This document shows positions 1-10,045 of a DNA stretch of 64,000 bases, one piece after another. Position numbers and translations under genes: made by a program. Under the pieces are notes generated by a model that was not told the DNA's origin, searched no databases, and was given only the letters and a program-made list of their open reading frames with translations. This DNA is from Gemmatimonadota bacterium (GTDB lineage Bacteria > Gemmatimonadota > Gemmatimonadetes > Palauibacterales > Palauibacteraceae), in NCBI GenBank assembly GCA_963666735.1, contig OY762926.1, positions 2,368,001 to 2,432,000 on the forward strand. Reading direction: 5' to 3'. How positions within the stretch are numbered: the stretch's first letter is position 1; every line of letters begins with the position of its first letter.

Positions 1-2969
1 TCGCCGAACGCGGGGTGCTCGACGAACACGGGGTGGAGTTGATCGGCGCCGATGTCCGGGCGATTCAACTCGCCGAGGACCGGGAACAGTTCGCCGAAGC
101 GATGCGGCGAATCGGGCTCAAGTTGCCGGCGGGAGGCTTCGCCCGCTCGCTCGACGAGGCGCTCACGCTGGTCGAGAACACGGGATTCCCCGCCATCATC
201 CGGCCCTCCTTCACCCTCGGCGGCACCGGCGGCAGCACCGCCTACAACCGCGAGGAGTTCGAGGATCTCGTCCGCTCCGGCATCCGCTCGTCGCCGATCG
301 GCGAGGTGCTCATCGACCGCAGCATCATCGGCTGGAAGGAGTTCGAACTCGAGGTGATGCGGGACCGGGCGGACAACGTCGTCATCGTGTGCTCGATCGA
401 GAACTTCGACGCCATGGGCGTGCACACGGGCGACTCGATCACCGTCGCGCCGGCGCTCACGCTCTCGGACCGCGAGTACCAGGCGATGCGGGACGCGGCC
501 ATCGCGTGCATCCGCGAGATCGGAGTGGACGCGGGGGGCTGCAACATCCAGTTCGCCGTGCACCCGACGACGGGCCAGATGCTCGTCATCGAGATGAACC
601 CGCGGGTGTCCCGGAGTTCGGCGCTCGCGTCGAAGGCGACCGGGTTCCCCATCGCCCGCATCGGCGCCAAGCTCGCGGTCGGTTACCGCCTCGACGAGAT
701 CCCGAATGCGATCACCCGGGTGACGCCTTCGTGCTTCGAGCCGGTGCTCGATTACATGGTCGTGAAGATCCCGCGCTTCGCGTTCGAGAAGTTCCCGAAG
801 GCGGACGCCACGCTCGGCGTGCAGATGAAGGCCGTGGGCGAGGTGATGGCGATCGGCCGCACCTTCCAGCAGGCGTGGCTCAAGGGCTTCCGCGCGCTCG
901 AGAACGGGCGGTCGGGGTGGCTTCCCTCCCCGGACCCCGATGAGGACCGGCTGGAGGACGACGAGGTCGACACGGTACGGGCCGCGATCCGCACCGCGAC
1001 GCCGGAACGCCCCTTCCAACTGTACCGCGCCTTCCAGGCGGGCCTCTCCGTGTCCGAGATCAACCGGATCACGGGGATCGATCCCTGGTTCCTCTCGCAG
1101 CTCGAGGAACTGGTGCGGGAAGGCCAGACCTTCGCGGCGGCCGCGGAGGTCACGCCCGGGGACGTCGAACGGTTGAAGCGGATCGGCTTCGGCGACGCGG
1201 AGATGGCACAGTTGCGCGGGACACGCGGGACGACGGAGGCCGCGGTTCGCGAGATGCGCCAGACCGCGGGACTCCGGCCCGTCTACAAGACCGTCGACAC
1301 GTGCGCGGGCGAATTCCCCGCCGCCACGCCGTACCTCTACTCGACGTACGAAGACGAAAACGAATCCGAGCGCTCCGACCGGCGCAAGATCATCATCCTC
1401 GGCAGCGGCCCGAACCGCATCGGACAGGGCATCGAGTTCGACTACTGCTGCGTCTCGGCCTCGCTCGCGCTGCGCGAGGAAGGGTTCGAGACGATCATGA
1501 TCAACTCGAATCCCGAGACCGTCTCCACCGACTTCGACATCTCGAACAAGCTCTACTTCGAGCCCCTGACGGTGGAAGATGTGCTCGCGATCGTGGAGCA
1601 GGAGAAGCCGGAGGGCGTCATCGTCCAGTTCGGGGGACAGACGCCGCTGACCATCGCCCGCAAGCTGGAGCAACTCGGCGTCCCCATCCTCGGGACGAGC
1701 GTCGAATCGATCGACCGCACCGAGGACCGCCGCCGCTTCGACCAACTCTGCCGCGAGCTCGGCGTGCCCATGCCGCCGGGCGGGACCGCGACGAGCATCG
1801 AGGAGGCGCTGGAGATCGCGGAGGAGATCGGGTATCCCGTCCTCGTCCGGCCCAGCTACGTGCTCGGCGGCCGGGCCATGGAGATCGTCTACGATCCGGT
1901 CTCGCTGCGGGAATACTTCGCGCGCGCGGTGCAAGCTTCTCCCGAACATCCCGTCCTCCTCGACCGATTCCTCGAGGACGCCTTCGAGGCGGACGTGGAT
2001 GCGGTGTGCGACGGGGAGACGGTCGTGATCGGCGGGATCATGCAGCACATCGAGGACGCCGGCGTGCACTCGGGCGACTCGGCCTGCGTGCTGCCGCCCT
2101 ACCTCCTGCGCGACGTCGACATGGAGGCGATGCGCCGCTTCACGCGGGACTTCGCCCTCGCGCTGGACGTCCGGGGCCTCATCAACGTGCAGTTCGCCGT
2201 GCACGAGAAGACGGTGTACGTGCTCGAGGTGAACCCGCGCGCGAGCCGCACCGTGCCCTTCGTGAGCAAGGCGACGGGGGTCCCGCTGGCCCGGGTGGCC
2301 GCGCGCGTCCTTGCCGGGGTGAAGCTCGCCGACCTGGGCCTCGGCGACGAACTTGTCCCGCACCAGGTCTCGGTGAAGGAGGCGGTGCTCCCCTTCGACA
2401 AGATCCCGGATGCGGACACCGTGCTCGGGCCGGAGATGCGGTCCACGGGCGAGGTCATGGGATACGCGGACAGCTTTGGGCTCGCGTTCGCGAAGTCGCA
2501 GATCTCCGCCTACCAGGGGCTGCCGACGGAGGGGGCCGTCGCGATCACCGTGCACGATCAGGACAAGCCGAACATGGTCCCGATCGCGCGGCGCTTCCAT
2601 GAACTCGGCTTCTCGATCTTCGCCACCGAGGGCACGGCGAAATACCTGCGCGGGCGGGGAGTCCCCTGCGAGCGCATCCTGAAGGTGCACGAGGGTCGGC
2701 CGAACCTCCTCGACCGCATCGTCTCGGGCGAGGTCCAGCTGCTCCTGAACACCCCGCTCGGCAAGCACGCGCAGCACGACGACTACATGATCCGCCGCGC
2801 GGCCGTCGTCCGGCGGGTACCCTACACGACGACCCTTTCCGCAGCCTCGGCAGCCGCGGACGCGATCATCGCGCTCCGCCACCGCCGCCACACGGTCCAG
2901 AGCCTCCAGACGCGCGACGTGGCGGAGGTGGAAGAGGACCGGCGCACGAGGACCGCCGGCCCCGTCTGA
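1..2969 (+). CDS. carB: Carbamoyl-phosphate synthase large subunit (5' end outside window)
   Basis: Two ATP-grasp repeats ([21 protein letters not shown]), [16 protein letters not shown]-terminal MGS domain; the frame is open back to the window edge. Confidence 0.98.
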   Translation, partial: AERGVLDEHGVELIGADVRAIQLAEDREQFAEAMRRIGLKLPAGGFARSLDEALTLVENTGFPAIIRPSFTLGGTGGSTAYNREEFEDLVRSGIRSSPIGEVLIDRSIIGWKEFELEVMRDRADNVVIVCSIENFDAMGVHTGDSITVAPALTLSDREYQAMRDAAIACIREIGVDAGGCNIQFAVHPTTGQMLVIEMNPRVSRSSALASKATGFPIARIGAKLAVGYRLDEIPNAITRVTPSCFEPVLDYMVVKIPRFAFEKFPKADATLGVQMKAVGEVMAIGRTFQQAWLKGFRALENGRSGWLPSPDPDEDRLEDDEVDTVRAAIRTATPERPFQLYRAFQAGLSVSEINRITGIDPWFLSQLEELVREGQTFAAAAEVTPGDVERLKRIGFGDAEMAQLRGTRGTTEAAVREMRQTAGLRPVYKTVDTCAGEFPAATPYLYSTYEDENESERSDRRKIIILGSGPNRIGQGIEFDYCCVSASLALREEGFETIMINSNPETVSTDFDISNKLYFEPLTVEDVLAIVEQEKPEGVIVQFGGQTPLTIARKLEQLGVPILGTSVESIDRTEDRRRFDQLCRELGVPMPPGGTATSIEEALEIAEEIGYPVLVRPSYVLGGRAMEIVYDPVSLREYFARAVQASPEHPVLLDRFLEDAFEADVDAVCDGETVVIGGIMQHIEDAGVHSGDSACVLPPYLLRDVDMEAMRRFTRDFALALDVRGLINVQFAVHEKTVYVLEVNPRASRTVPFVSKATGVPLARVAARVLAGVKLADLGLGDELVPHQVSVKEAVLPFDKIPDADTVLGPEMRSTGEVMGYADSFGLAFAKSQISAYQGLPTEGAVAITVHDQDKPNMVPIARRFHELGFSIFATEGTAKYLRGRGVPCERILKVHEGRPNLLDRIVSGEVQLLLNTPLGKHAQHDDYMIRRAAVVRRVPYTTTLSAASAAADAIIALRHRRHTVQSLQTRDVAEVEEDRRTRTAGPV

Positions 2970-3058
2970 CGTTCCCGCGGGAACGTCCTCGCCCGCAGTC
3001 CCATTTCACCTGTCCATCCCACCGCCCCATCTCACCGGACCAGCCAGTTCTCATTTGT

Positions 3059-3092
3059 TGCATGTTTATTCAAGATCTTGTATATATTCCCG
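3059..3092 (+). promoter_or_regulatory. Tandem ARG boxes (ArgR operator) overlapping the probable argG promoter
   Basis: AT-rich island with TGCATGTTTATTCA (3059-3072) and a weaker copy TGTATATATTCC 20 nt later, upstream of argGH-argR. Confidence 0.75.
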
Positions 3093-3167
3093 CCCCGCGC
3101 GGGCGCGCCCTCGTGCGGATCTCACTCCGTGAACGGTTCGACTTAACTGCCACCTCAGGATCGACGC

Positions 3168-4523
3168 ATGACGAAGAAGAGCGTGAAGCGGGTCGCCCTG
3201 GCGTACTCCGGGGGCCTCGATACATCGGTGATGGTCACCTGGTTGAAGGAGAACTACGACTGCGAGGTCGTGGCGGTCGTCGTGGACGTCGGCCAGAAGG
3301 AGGACTTCGAGGCGGCTCGCGAGAAGGCGATGGCGACCGGTGCGATCGCCTGCCGGGTCATCGACCTGCGCGAGGAGTTCCTGACCGAATGCGCCTTCCC
3401 CGCTCTGAAGGCGGGGGCCGTGTACGAGGGCCGCTACCTGCTCGGCACCTCCCTGGCCCGGCCCGTGATCGCGGCCGCCCAGGTCGAGGTCGCGCGCGAG
3501 TACGACTGCGACGCGGTCGCGCACGGATGCACCGGCAAGGGCAACGACCAGGTCCGCTTCGAACTCACCTACCAGGCGCTCGCTCCGGACCTGGCCGTGA
3601 TCGCCCCGTGGCGCGAGTGGGAAATCACCTCCAGGGAGGACGCCTTCGCCTACGCCGCGGAACGGAACATCCCCGTGCCGGGCAGCCCCCGGAAGCTGTA
3701 CAGCATCGACCGGAACCTGTGGCACACGTCGTTCGAGGGCGGCATCCTCGAGGATCCGGGCGCGGCCGCGCCGGACGAGTTGCGGGAACTGACGGTCGAT
3801 CCGGCCGAAGCGCCGGACACGCCCGAGGACGTCGTGATCTCCTTCGAGGGCGGCATCCCGGTGGCGCTCAACGGTGAGGCGCTCGATCCGATGACGCTGA
3901 TTCAGGGTCTGAACGAGAAGGCGGGGGCCCACGGGGTGGGGCGCGTGGACCTCGTCGAGAACCGGCTCGTGGGCATGAAGAGCCGCGGCGTCTACGAGAC
4001 GCCGGCGGGAACGGTCCTTGTCGCCGCGCTCGCCGATCTCGAGTCGATCACGCTCGACCGGGACACGGCGGGCTTCAAGCGGGGGATCGCCGACCGCTAC
4101 GCGGAGCTCGTCTATCAGGGTCTCTGGTTCTCGCCGCTGCGTGCGGCCTTCGACGCGTTCCTCGATGAGGCGCACGCGACCTCGACCGGAGACGTGACCG
4201 TTCGGCTGTTCAAGGGCTCCGCGCTGCCGGTGGCCCGCACGTCGCCCTTCTCGCTGTACCGGGAGGATCTCGCCACGTTCGAGGAGGATTCGGTCTACGA
4301 CCAGGCCGACGCCGGCGGCTTCGTCCGCCTGTGGGGCCTGCCTTCGAGTCTGGCGGCGCGAGTGCGGAAGGCGGCGGAGGCGGACGGCCCCGTCACCGAC
4401 TTCGCGTCCAACGGCGCGGATGCGGCGCGGGTTGGCCCGGAGGGGGGCACGGGACCGGGAATGGCGGTCCCGGCGGGCCTGCCCAGGCGAGCCGGCCGGC
4501 CGCTGGCGTCCACCCGAGGCTGA
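3168..4523 (+). CDS. argG: Argininosuccinate synthase
   Basis: LAYSGGLDTS, HGCTGKGNDQVRFE, ENRLVGMKSRGVYETP. Confidence 0.98.
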   Translation: MTKKSVKRVALAYSGGLDTSVMVTWLKENYDCEVVAVVVDVGQKEDFEAAREKAMATGAIACRVIDLREEFLTECAFPALKAGAVYEGRYLLGTSLARPVIAAAQVEVAREYDCDAVAHGCTGKGNDQVRFELTYQALAPDLAVIAPWREWEITSREDAFAYAAERNIPVPGSPRKLYSIDRNLWHTSFEGGILEDPGAAAPDELRELTVDPAEAPDTPEDVVISFEGGIPVALNGEALDPMTLIQGLNEKAGAHGVGRVDLVENRLVGMKSRGVYETPAGTVLVAALADLESITLDRDTAGFKRGIADRYAELVYQGLWFSPLRAAFDAFLDEAHATSTGDVTVRLFKGSALPVARTSPFSLYREDLATFEEDSVYDQADAGGFVRLWGLPSSLAARVRKAAEADGPVTDFASNGADAARVGPEGGTGPGMAVPAGLPRRAGRPLASTRG

Positions 4524-4529
4524 CCACCC

Positions 4530-6020
4530 GTGACGGAAGAACCCGAAGGGAGAACGCCGGGCGACGCCCTTTGGGGAGGGCGCTTCGCGGTCCCCGTACA
4601 TCCCGCGATCCTCGAGTTCACGAACTCGCTCCCGTTCGACCGCAGGCTGGTGCGGCACGACCTCCTCGCGAGCCTCGCGCACGCCCGCATGTTGCGCGAG
4701 ACGGAAATCCTCTCGACGGCTGACAGCAACCTGATCCTGTCGGGGCTGTCGGAGGTCCTGCGGGACGTGGAGAACGGCGAACTCAGGGTCGAAGGGCCGG
4801 ACGAGGACGTGCACACCTGGATCGAACGCACGCTCGTCGAGCGCGTGGGCGAAGCGGGCAAGCGGCTGCACACCGCGAGGAGCCGGAACGACCAGACCGC
4901 GATCGCGCTCCGGCTCTACGTGCGCGAGCGGCTCGAGGACGTCCTTTCGGGGGTGGCCGGGCTGCAGCGGGTGCTGACGGGCCAGGCGGCCTCGTTTCGG
5001 GAGACTTTCCTGCCCGGCTATACCCACCTGCAGCGGGGACAGCCGGTCAGCCTCGCGCACCACCTCCTCGCCCACGTGGCCTCGCTGGCCGCGGACGCGG
5101 AACGGCTCCGGGCGGCGCACCGGCTGGCGGGCGTGTCGCCGCTCGGCGCGGGGGCACTCGCCGGGACGTCGTTCCCGATCGATCCGCAGCGCAGCGCCGC
5201 CCTGCTGGGGCTCGACCGCACCTTCGCCAACAGCATGCACGTCGTCGGCGACCGCGACTACGTGCTCGACGCCGCGTACGCCTGCGCCATGCTCTCCGTG
5301 CACCTGTCGCGCTGGGCGGACGAAGTCGTGCTCTGGTCGACGCGCGAGTTCGGGTTCATCGACCTCGACGACTCCGTGGCGCAGGGCAGCAGCATCATGC
5401 CGCAGAAGAAGAATCCGGAGGCCGCCGAGATCCTGCGCGGCAAGTCGGCGCGGGCGATCGGAAACGTGACGTCGCTGCTCGCGCTGATGAAGGGTCTCCC
5501 CCTCACCTTCAACAGCGACTTTCAGGAGGACAAGGAGCGCCTCTTCGACTCCTTCGACACGGCGGACTGGTCGCTGGCGGCGGCGATCGCGATCGCGCGG
5601 GGCGTGGACTACCGGACCGATGCCATGGAGGCGGCGCTCACCGGCGGGATGCTGACGGCGACCGAGCTCGCCGACTATCTCGTCCGCGGCGGCGTCCCCT
5701 TCCGGACCGCACACCACGAGGTCGGCGAGGCGGTGCGCCTTGCCGAGGAAGGCGGCGTCGAACTGTGGGAACTGGACCTCGAGACCCTCCGGACGTGCTG
5801 TCCCACGGTGGGGGGCGACGTGCACGAGGTGTTGCGCCCGGAGGCCGCCGTCGCCGCGCACGACTCGCCGGGCGGGCCGGCTCCGGGACGCGTGCTGGAG
5901 CAGTTGCAGACGTGCGACCGCGATGTGGCGGCGCTCGAAACCTGGCTCGACGGCCGCACCGATCCCCCGATCCGGCGCGCCCACCTCGAGGAGCGCCTGC
6001 TGGACGCGGTGATCGCGTGA
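4530..6020 (+). CDS. argH: Argininosuccinate lyase
   Basis: LWGGRF, HTARSRNDQ, PGYTHLQ, GSSIMPQKKNPE. Confidence 0.98.
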   Translation: MTEEPEGRTPGDALWGGRFAVPVHPAILEFTNSLPFDRRLVRHDLLASLAHARMLRETEILSTADSNLILSGLSEVLRDVENGELRVEGPDEDVHTWIERTLVERVGEAGKRLHTARSRNDQTAIALRLYVRERLEDVLSGVAGLQRVLTGQAASFRETFLPGYTHLQRGQPVSLAHHLLAHVASLAADAERLRAAHRLAGVSPLGAGALAGTSFPIDPQRSAALLGLDRTFANSMHVVGDRDYVLDAAYACAMLSVHLSRWADEVVLWSTREFGFIDLDDSVAQGSSIMPQKKNPEAAEILRGKSARAIGNVTSLLALMKGLPLTFNSDFQEDKERLFDSFDTADWSLAAAIAIARGVDYRTDAMEAALTGGMLTATELADYLVRGGVPFRTAHHEVGEAVRLAEEGGVELWELDLETLRTCCPTVGGDVHEVLRPEAAVAAHDSPGGPAPGRVLEQLQTCDRDVAALETWLDGRTDPPIRRAHLEERLLDAVIA

Positions 6021-6484
6021 CGCCGGCACGCCGCAGAGCGCGCGAGCGGGCGATCCTGCGGATCATCGACCGCCGGCCGATCCGGACGCAGACCGAACTC
6101 GTAGCCGCGCTCGCGCGAGAGGGCGTCTCGACGACCCAGGCGACGCTGTCGCGGGATATTCGGCGCCTCGGCGTCGTGAAGCGGCCCGGCGCGCGCGGTC
6201 CCCGGTACCAGCGCGCCGAGTCCGAGACCACCCCGCCCAACCCCCGCCGCGTGCTGGCGGTGACGCTGAGCGAGTTCGCGCTGGAGGTCGGCCCGGGCGA
6301 CGCGCTGCTCGCGATCCGGACGCTGAGCGGCTGCGCCAACGCCGTCGCGATCGCCGTCGATGAGTCGGACCTGGAGGGCGTCGTCGCGACGGTCGCGGGC
6401 GACGACACGATTCTCATCCTGTGCCGCGACGCGGAGGTGCGGTCCCGGCTCACCGCCGAGCTGAGGTCGCTGGCCGGCCTCTGA
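6017..6484 (+). CDS. argR: Arginine repressor
   Basis: TQTELV, TQATLSRDI, TVAGDDTIL; GTGA overlap with the argH stop. Confidence 0.95.
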   Translation: MTPARRRARERAILRIIDRRPIRTQTELVAALAREGVSTTQATLSRDIRRLGVVKRPGARGPRYQRAESETTPPNPRRVLAVTLSEFALEVGPGDALLAIRTLSGCANAVAIAVDESDLEGVVATVAGDDTILILCRDAEVRSRLTAELRSLAGL

Positions 6485-6539
6485 GTCGCGCTATGTCGCG
6501 CGCGGTCGAACAGTCCCCGCTTTCGTTACGCCTTGTCCA

Positions 6540-7745
6540 TCATGGACTGAAGAACTGCCGTCGCACCTCGCCGCTCCCGACGAACTGGGACAGCAGGCGA
6601 TAATTGTTGCGTTCAAAACGCACGCGGCCCGCCACAACGGCCGGATGAACTCCCACATCGCTTGCGAAGTGCATCACGTTCATCGCTGTGGGACGCTCAC
6701 GAACGCCGCTGGCGTCCCATGCATCCCCGGGGATCAGTGCCTCCTCCGCCCACTCGTCGGCCTCCCCTTCGCGCGGATCCTCGGTGGAAGCCCTGGCGCG
6801 ACGGAGCGAATGATCGTCGAGGAACGCCCGGGGATCGTCGTAGTCCATGTGGCGCCCTACATGTGCCAGCTCGTGCAGAAGGCAGAACCAGAAGTTGTCT
6901 ATGCGATTGTGCCTGAGGGTCAGAGCCACCACGGGGGTCCCGTCGGCGAGCTGCAGCGCTGCGCCATCAAGGTAGGTGCGCGGCAGGTGTTCCAGGGCCA
7001 CGAACGGGATTCCGAGTTCGGTCAGGCTGGCTTCGGCGCGGCTGGGACCATCTCGCAGCGGACTCATCCTCGCCAGTTCGCGCAGAACATCCGGGGTGAT
7101 GCACCCGGGAGCGAAATCGGCCTTCGGTCGGTTCGCGTTCGCGACCGCCATCGCCTGCCAACACCAGGCCTGCAGCGCGTAAGCGTCGGCCTTGGCGTTC
7201 GCCCGGAGGCCCGTTTGCCGAAACATCACGGCGCCGCCGGGCCCGACGCCGGCGCGCTCCACAAACCGTTCCATGATCTCCTTGGCATGGTGTGCCAGTG
7301 ATGGGACCTTGGGGATCCAGCCGCGATTGGCCATCGTGCGGAGCGGAAAGCGCCTCCAGTGGTCGTCGTCCCAGTCCTCCGGCGGATCCGGCCTTCGCAG
7401 CAGATTTTCGGCCCGAACGCCCAGGTGCCTATGTAGCGCTCGCGCCATGGGGAGCGTCAGCGGACGCTTGCGGCCCAGTACTTCCGACACCCTCGCGGCA
7501 CTCCCGATGAAGGGAACCAGGTCACGCGGCGACAGATCGCGCTCCTCCATGCGCAACTTGATGGCGTCGATCGGATCCAGGTCGCCCGTGGGGAAGTGCC
7601 TTCGCTCATAGAGCTCCACCAAATCCGCCAGGATGTCCAACTCTCGCGCTTGATCGCTTCGCGGATCTGCACCCATCAGTTCGGAGATCCGAGCAAGGGC
7701 GGCTTGGTAGGCGGTCTCGGAGCGGATGGGTCTCAGCTGTGGCAT
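6540..7745 (-). CDS. HigA-type HTH antitoxin fused to an ImmA/IrrE metallopeptidase domain
   Basis: LRPIRSETAYQAAL, DPIDAIKLRME, HTH (RVSEVLGRKRPLTL), NFWFCLLHELAH (HExxH). Confidence 0.88.
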   Translation of the reverse strand: MPQLRPIRSETAYQAALARISELMGADPRSDQARELDILADLVELYERRHFPTGDLDPIDAIKLRMEERDLSPRDLVPFIGSAARVSEVLGRKRPLTLPMARALHRHLGVRAENLLRRPDPPEDWDDDHWRRFPLRTMANRGWIPKVPSLAHHAKEIMERFVERAGVGPGGAVMFRQTGLRANAKADAYALQAWCWQAMAVANANRPKADFAPGCITPDVLRELARMSPLRDGPSRAEASLTELGIPFVALEHLPRTYLDGAALQLADGTPVVALTLRHNRIDNFWFCLLHELAHVGRHMDYDDPRAFLDDHSLRRARASTEDPREGEADEWAEEALIPGDAWDASGVRERPTAMNVMHFASDVGVHPAVVAGRVRFERNNYRLLSQFVGSGEVRRQFFSP

Positions 7746-7761
7746 CTTCTTGTTCCCTCAG

Positions 7762-8055
7762 TCAGATCGTGGCCGCGTCCACCCGGTCGTACTCGCTGTG
7801 CGTGCCCGCAAATCGCACGAAGATTATCCGGTTGGCGTAGTCCACCTGCGCGACGATTCGGTAGCGGTTTCCTCAAATTCTGAAGACCACCCTGTGACCG
7901 GGCAGGATGCTGGGATTCCATCTGCCGGCCCGGACATCGGCAGGACCAACCCATTCAGCCCGTTCGACATCTTGAAGCCAGTCCACGAACGCGCTCCGCG
8001 CGTCCGCGTGATCTCTTGCGCAGTCGTGAATCAGCTTCTGGGAGACGATCCGCAT
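7762..8055 (-). pseudogene. higB: HigB-family toxin with an in-frame TGA at 7873-7875
   Basis: MRIVS...RVVFRI*GNRYRIVAQVDY...FAGTHSEYDRVDA reads in one frame across a single stop; lies directly upstream of HigA. Confidence 0.85.
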
Positions 8056-8121
8056 GGCATCCTGACATCGAGTACATCTCCATCCAAGATATCGTATCTA
8101 GACAGTTTCCAAACCGGAAAG

Positions 8122-8406
8122 CTAGATGCCGGTCACATCGTGATCAAAGACCAGCGCGACGGCGTCGGGCGCGAAGCGGAAATCGGGGTAGCGGAGGGCG
8201 AGCAGCGATCGGAGCGCCTCTTCCACCGACCGCTCCTCGTTCCTGGTCGCCACGATCACGGAGAGACTGGGAGGCGGGGGCTCGTCGGCGGCGGCGGGCT
8301 TCACCTCATCGAGCCGGCCAACCTTGAGCCCGCTGTAGGTGACGGTCCCCGCGATGCTCGTCCACACAACGAGCGTGAGGACCGCGAGCGCGAGGAGCAG
8401 CGTCAC
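8122..8406 (-). pseudogene. N-terminal fragment of a GT2 glycosyltransferase
   Basis: TM helix then SLSVIVATRNEERSVEEALRSLLALRYPD; ends at 94 aa without the catalytic DxD region. Confidence 0.65.
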
Positions 8407-8458
8407 CGTCTATCGCCGTCCGGCGAGTGGCCGGCCCGGCAGGCGGGGGAGAGGAGTG

Positions 8459-10045
8459 CTAACGGGTGCCGCTCGTGATCGGCTGGCCCGGGTAGACGCC
8501 CGGCACGATCTCCCCGCCCCGGACCACGGCCGTTCCCTCGACGAGGAGGTGCATGACTCCCTCCGAGGGCGCCGCCGGATCGGCGTACGTCGAGCGGTCG
8601 ATGATCGTCTCCGGGTCGAACACGACGATGTCCGCGTCGGCGCCGGCCTGCACCCTGCCCTTCCGCGCCATCACCGGCGCGAAACCCTCCACCCGCTGCG
8701 CCGGCAGGATCGTCATCTTGGCGAGCGCGTCCATGAGGCTCAGCGCCCCGCGCTCACGCACGTAGTGGCCGAGCACCCGCGCATAGGTCCCCGCGCCGCG
8801 GGGATGGATCGCCTCGTACAGATAGGGGATCCCGTCGCTGGCCACGATCACGTCGGGCTGCGCGACGATCCACTCGTTCGTCTCCTCGTTCCTCCCGTGG
8901 ATCACGACCCAGCCGCCCTGTTCCCGGTAGCGGCGGAAGCTCTCCGCGTTCAGCCGCTCCGGCGTCCCGGACCACTGCAGACGGCCGTATTCCTCGTCGG
9001 AGAGTCCCTCCCACGAGTCGAACAGGGCCGACTCGATGCGCGTCGAGCCCGCCGTATAGGGGTAGGATTCCGTCGTGATGTCGATCCCCCGCTCGCGCGC
9101 CCCGCGGATCATCTCCAGCGTCGTGCGCGCCAACTCGTCGGCGCTCGAGTTCATGTGGACGATGTGGAGCGAGGCCCCCGTCGCGAGCGCGTTCGCGATC
9201 ACCTCCTGGAAAGCGCCCAGCGTGCCGCCCGAGTTCTCGCCCCGGATGTGCACGTAGGCCGGAGCCCCCTGCGCCGCGGCGAGTTGGAAGGCCCGGTAGA
9301 TCTCCGTCCGCGACGCGCCCGGCGTGTAGGTGATCCCAAATCCGATCCCGAGCCCGCCCTCCTCCAGGCCCGAAGCGATGAGCCCGTTCAGTTCGAGAAT
9401 CTGATCGTCGTCCAATTCGCCGTACACCGCCTCCGACTCGAACGGGCTGGGCTCCCCCGGGGGCGTCATCGTCGAGTGTCCCACGTCCACGCCCGTGACG
9501 AGCTTCACGCGAGCACCCGGGTGGCTCACCGTCGCTCCGAAGTGGATGGGGGCCGTCCCCTCGCGGGAGGCGACCCACTCGGCCACCGGGTACACGCCAA
9601 TCTCCATCTCGAGCGCCGTCGTTACGCCGTCGAGCGCCTGGAGCTTGGCGCTCACCGTGTCCTGTCCATGGGCGTGCAGGTCGATGAAGCCGGGCGCGAC
9701 CACGAGGCCCGTGGCGCCGATCGTGTCCCGTCCTTGGACGCCCCCCTCCACGACCGCCGTGATTCGTCCGTCGGCGACCGCGACATCACGCGCGGCGTCC
9801 AGCCGCGTCTCCGGGTCCATGACCCGACCGCCGAGGATGACGAGGTCCGCGACGCCCCCCGCTCCCGCGGCCGCGTCCCCGCTTTCGGGAGAACCCTCGG
9901 GGGAACTTTCCGGAGAACCTTCGGGGGAAGCGCAGGCCGCGAACGCGAGGGACATCAGCCACGCGATTCCAAGCGTCGAGGCTGCCCGCCCGCGCGCCGT
10001 TCGCGTGCCACGGCCGCCGCCCCTGTCGCCGCTGTCGATCGTCAT
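8459..10045 (-). CDS. Amidohydrolase (N-acyl-D-amino-acid deacylase-like), probable lipoprotein
   Basis: VAPGFIDLHAH, IVASDG, KGRVQAGADADIVVFDP; FAAC lipobox. Confidence 0.85.
   Translation of the reverse strand: MTIDSGDRGGGRGTRTARGRAASTLGIAWLMSLAFAACASPEGSPESSPEGSPESGDAAAGAGGVADLVILGGRVMDPETRLDAARDVAVADGRITAVVEGGVQGRDTIGATGLVVAPGFIDLHAHGQDTVSAKLQALDGVTTALEMEIGVYPVAEWVASREGTAPIHFGATVSHPGARVKLVTGVDVGHSTMTPPGEPSPFESEAVYGELDDDQILELNGLIASGLEEGGLGIGFGITYTPGASRTEIYRAFQLAAAQGAPAYVHIRGENSGGTLGAFQEVIANALATGASLHIVHMNSSADELARTTLEMIRGARERGIDITTESYPYTAGSTRIESALFDSWEGLSDEEYGRLQWSGTPERLNAESFRRYREQGGWVVIHGRNEETNEWIVAQPDVIVASDGIPYLYEAIHPRGAGTYARVLGHYVRERGALSLMDALAKMTILPAQRVEGFAPVMARKGRVQAGADADIVVFDPETIIDRSTYADPAAPSEGVMHLLVEGTAVVRGGEIVPGVYPGQPITSGTR

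Noticed and set aside
2999..3040. CCCATYTCACC short repeats between carB and argG
   Set aside because: Only two clear imperfect copies; no supportable function
3066..6029. 987-aa antisense ORF, and similar long ORFs (13199-16108, 26866-29736 upstream part, 49251-52370, 56467-58887)
   Set aside because: Shadow frames of real genes in high-GC DNA; Arg/Gly/Pro-rich with no motifs
7873..7875. Selenocysteine or recoded TGA in higB
   Set aside because: The aligned position is not a Cys in HigB proteins as I recall them, and TGA is the normal stop throughout the window
9884..9929. SPEGSPES tandem repeat in the amidohydrolase
   Set aside because: Ordinary low-complexity lipoprotein linker
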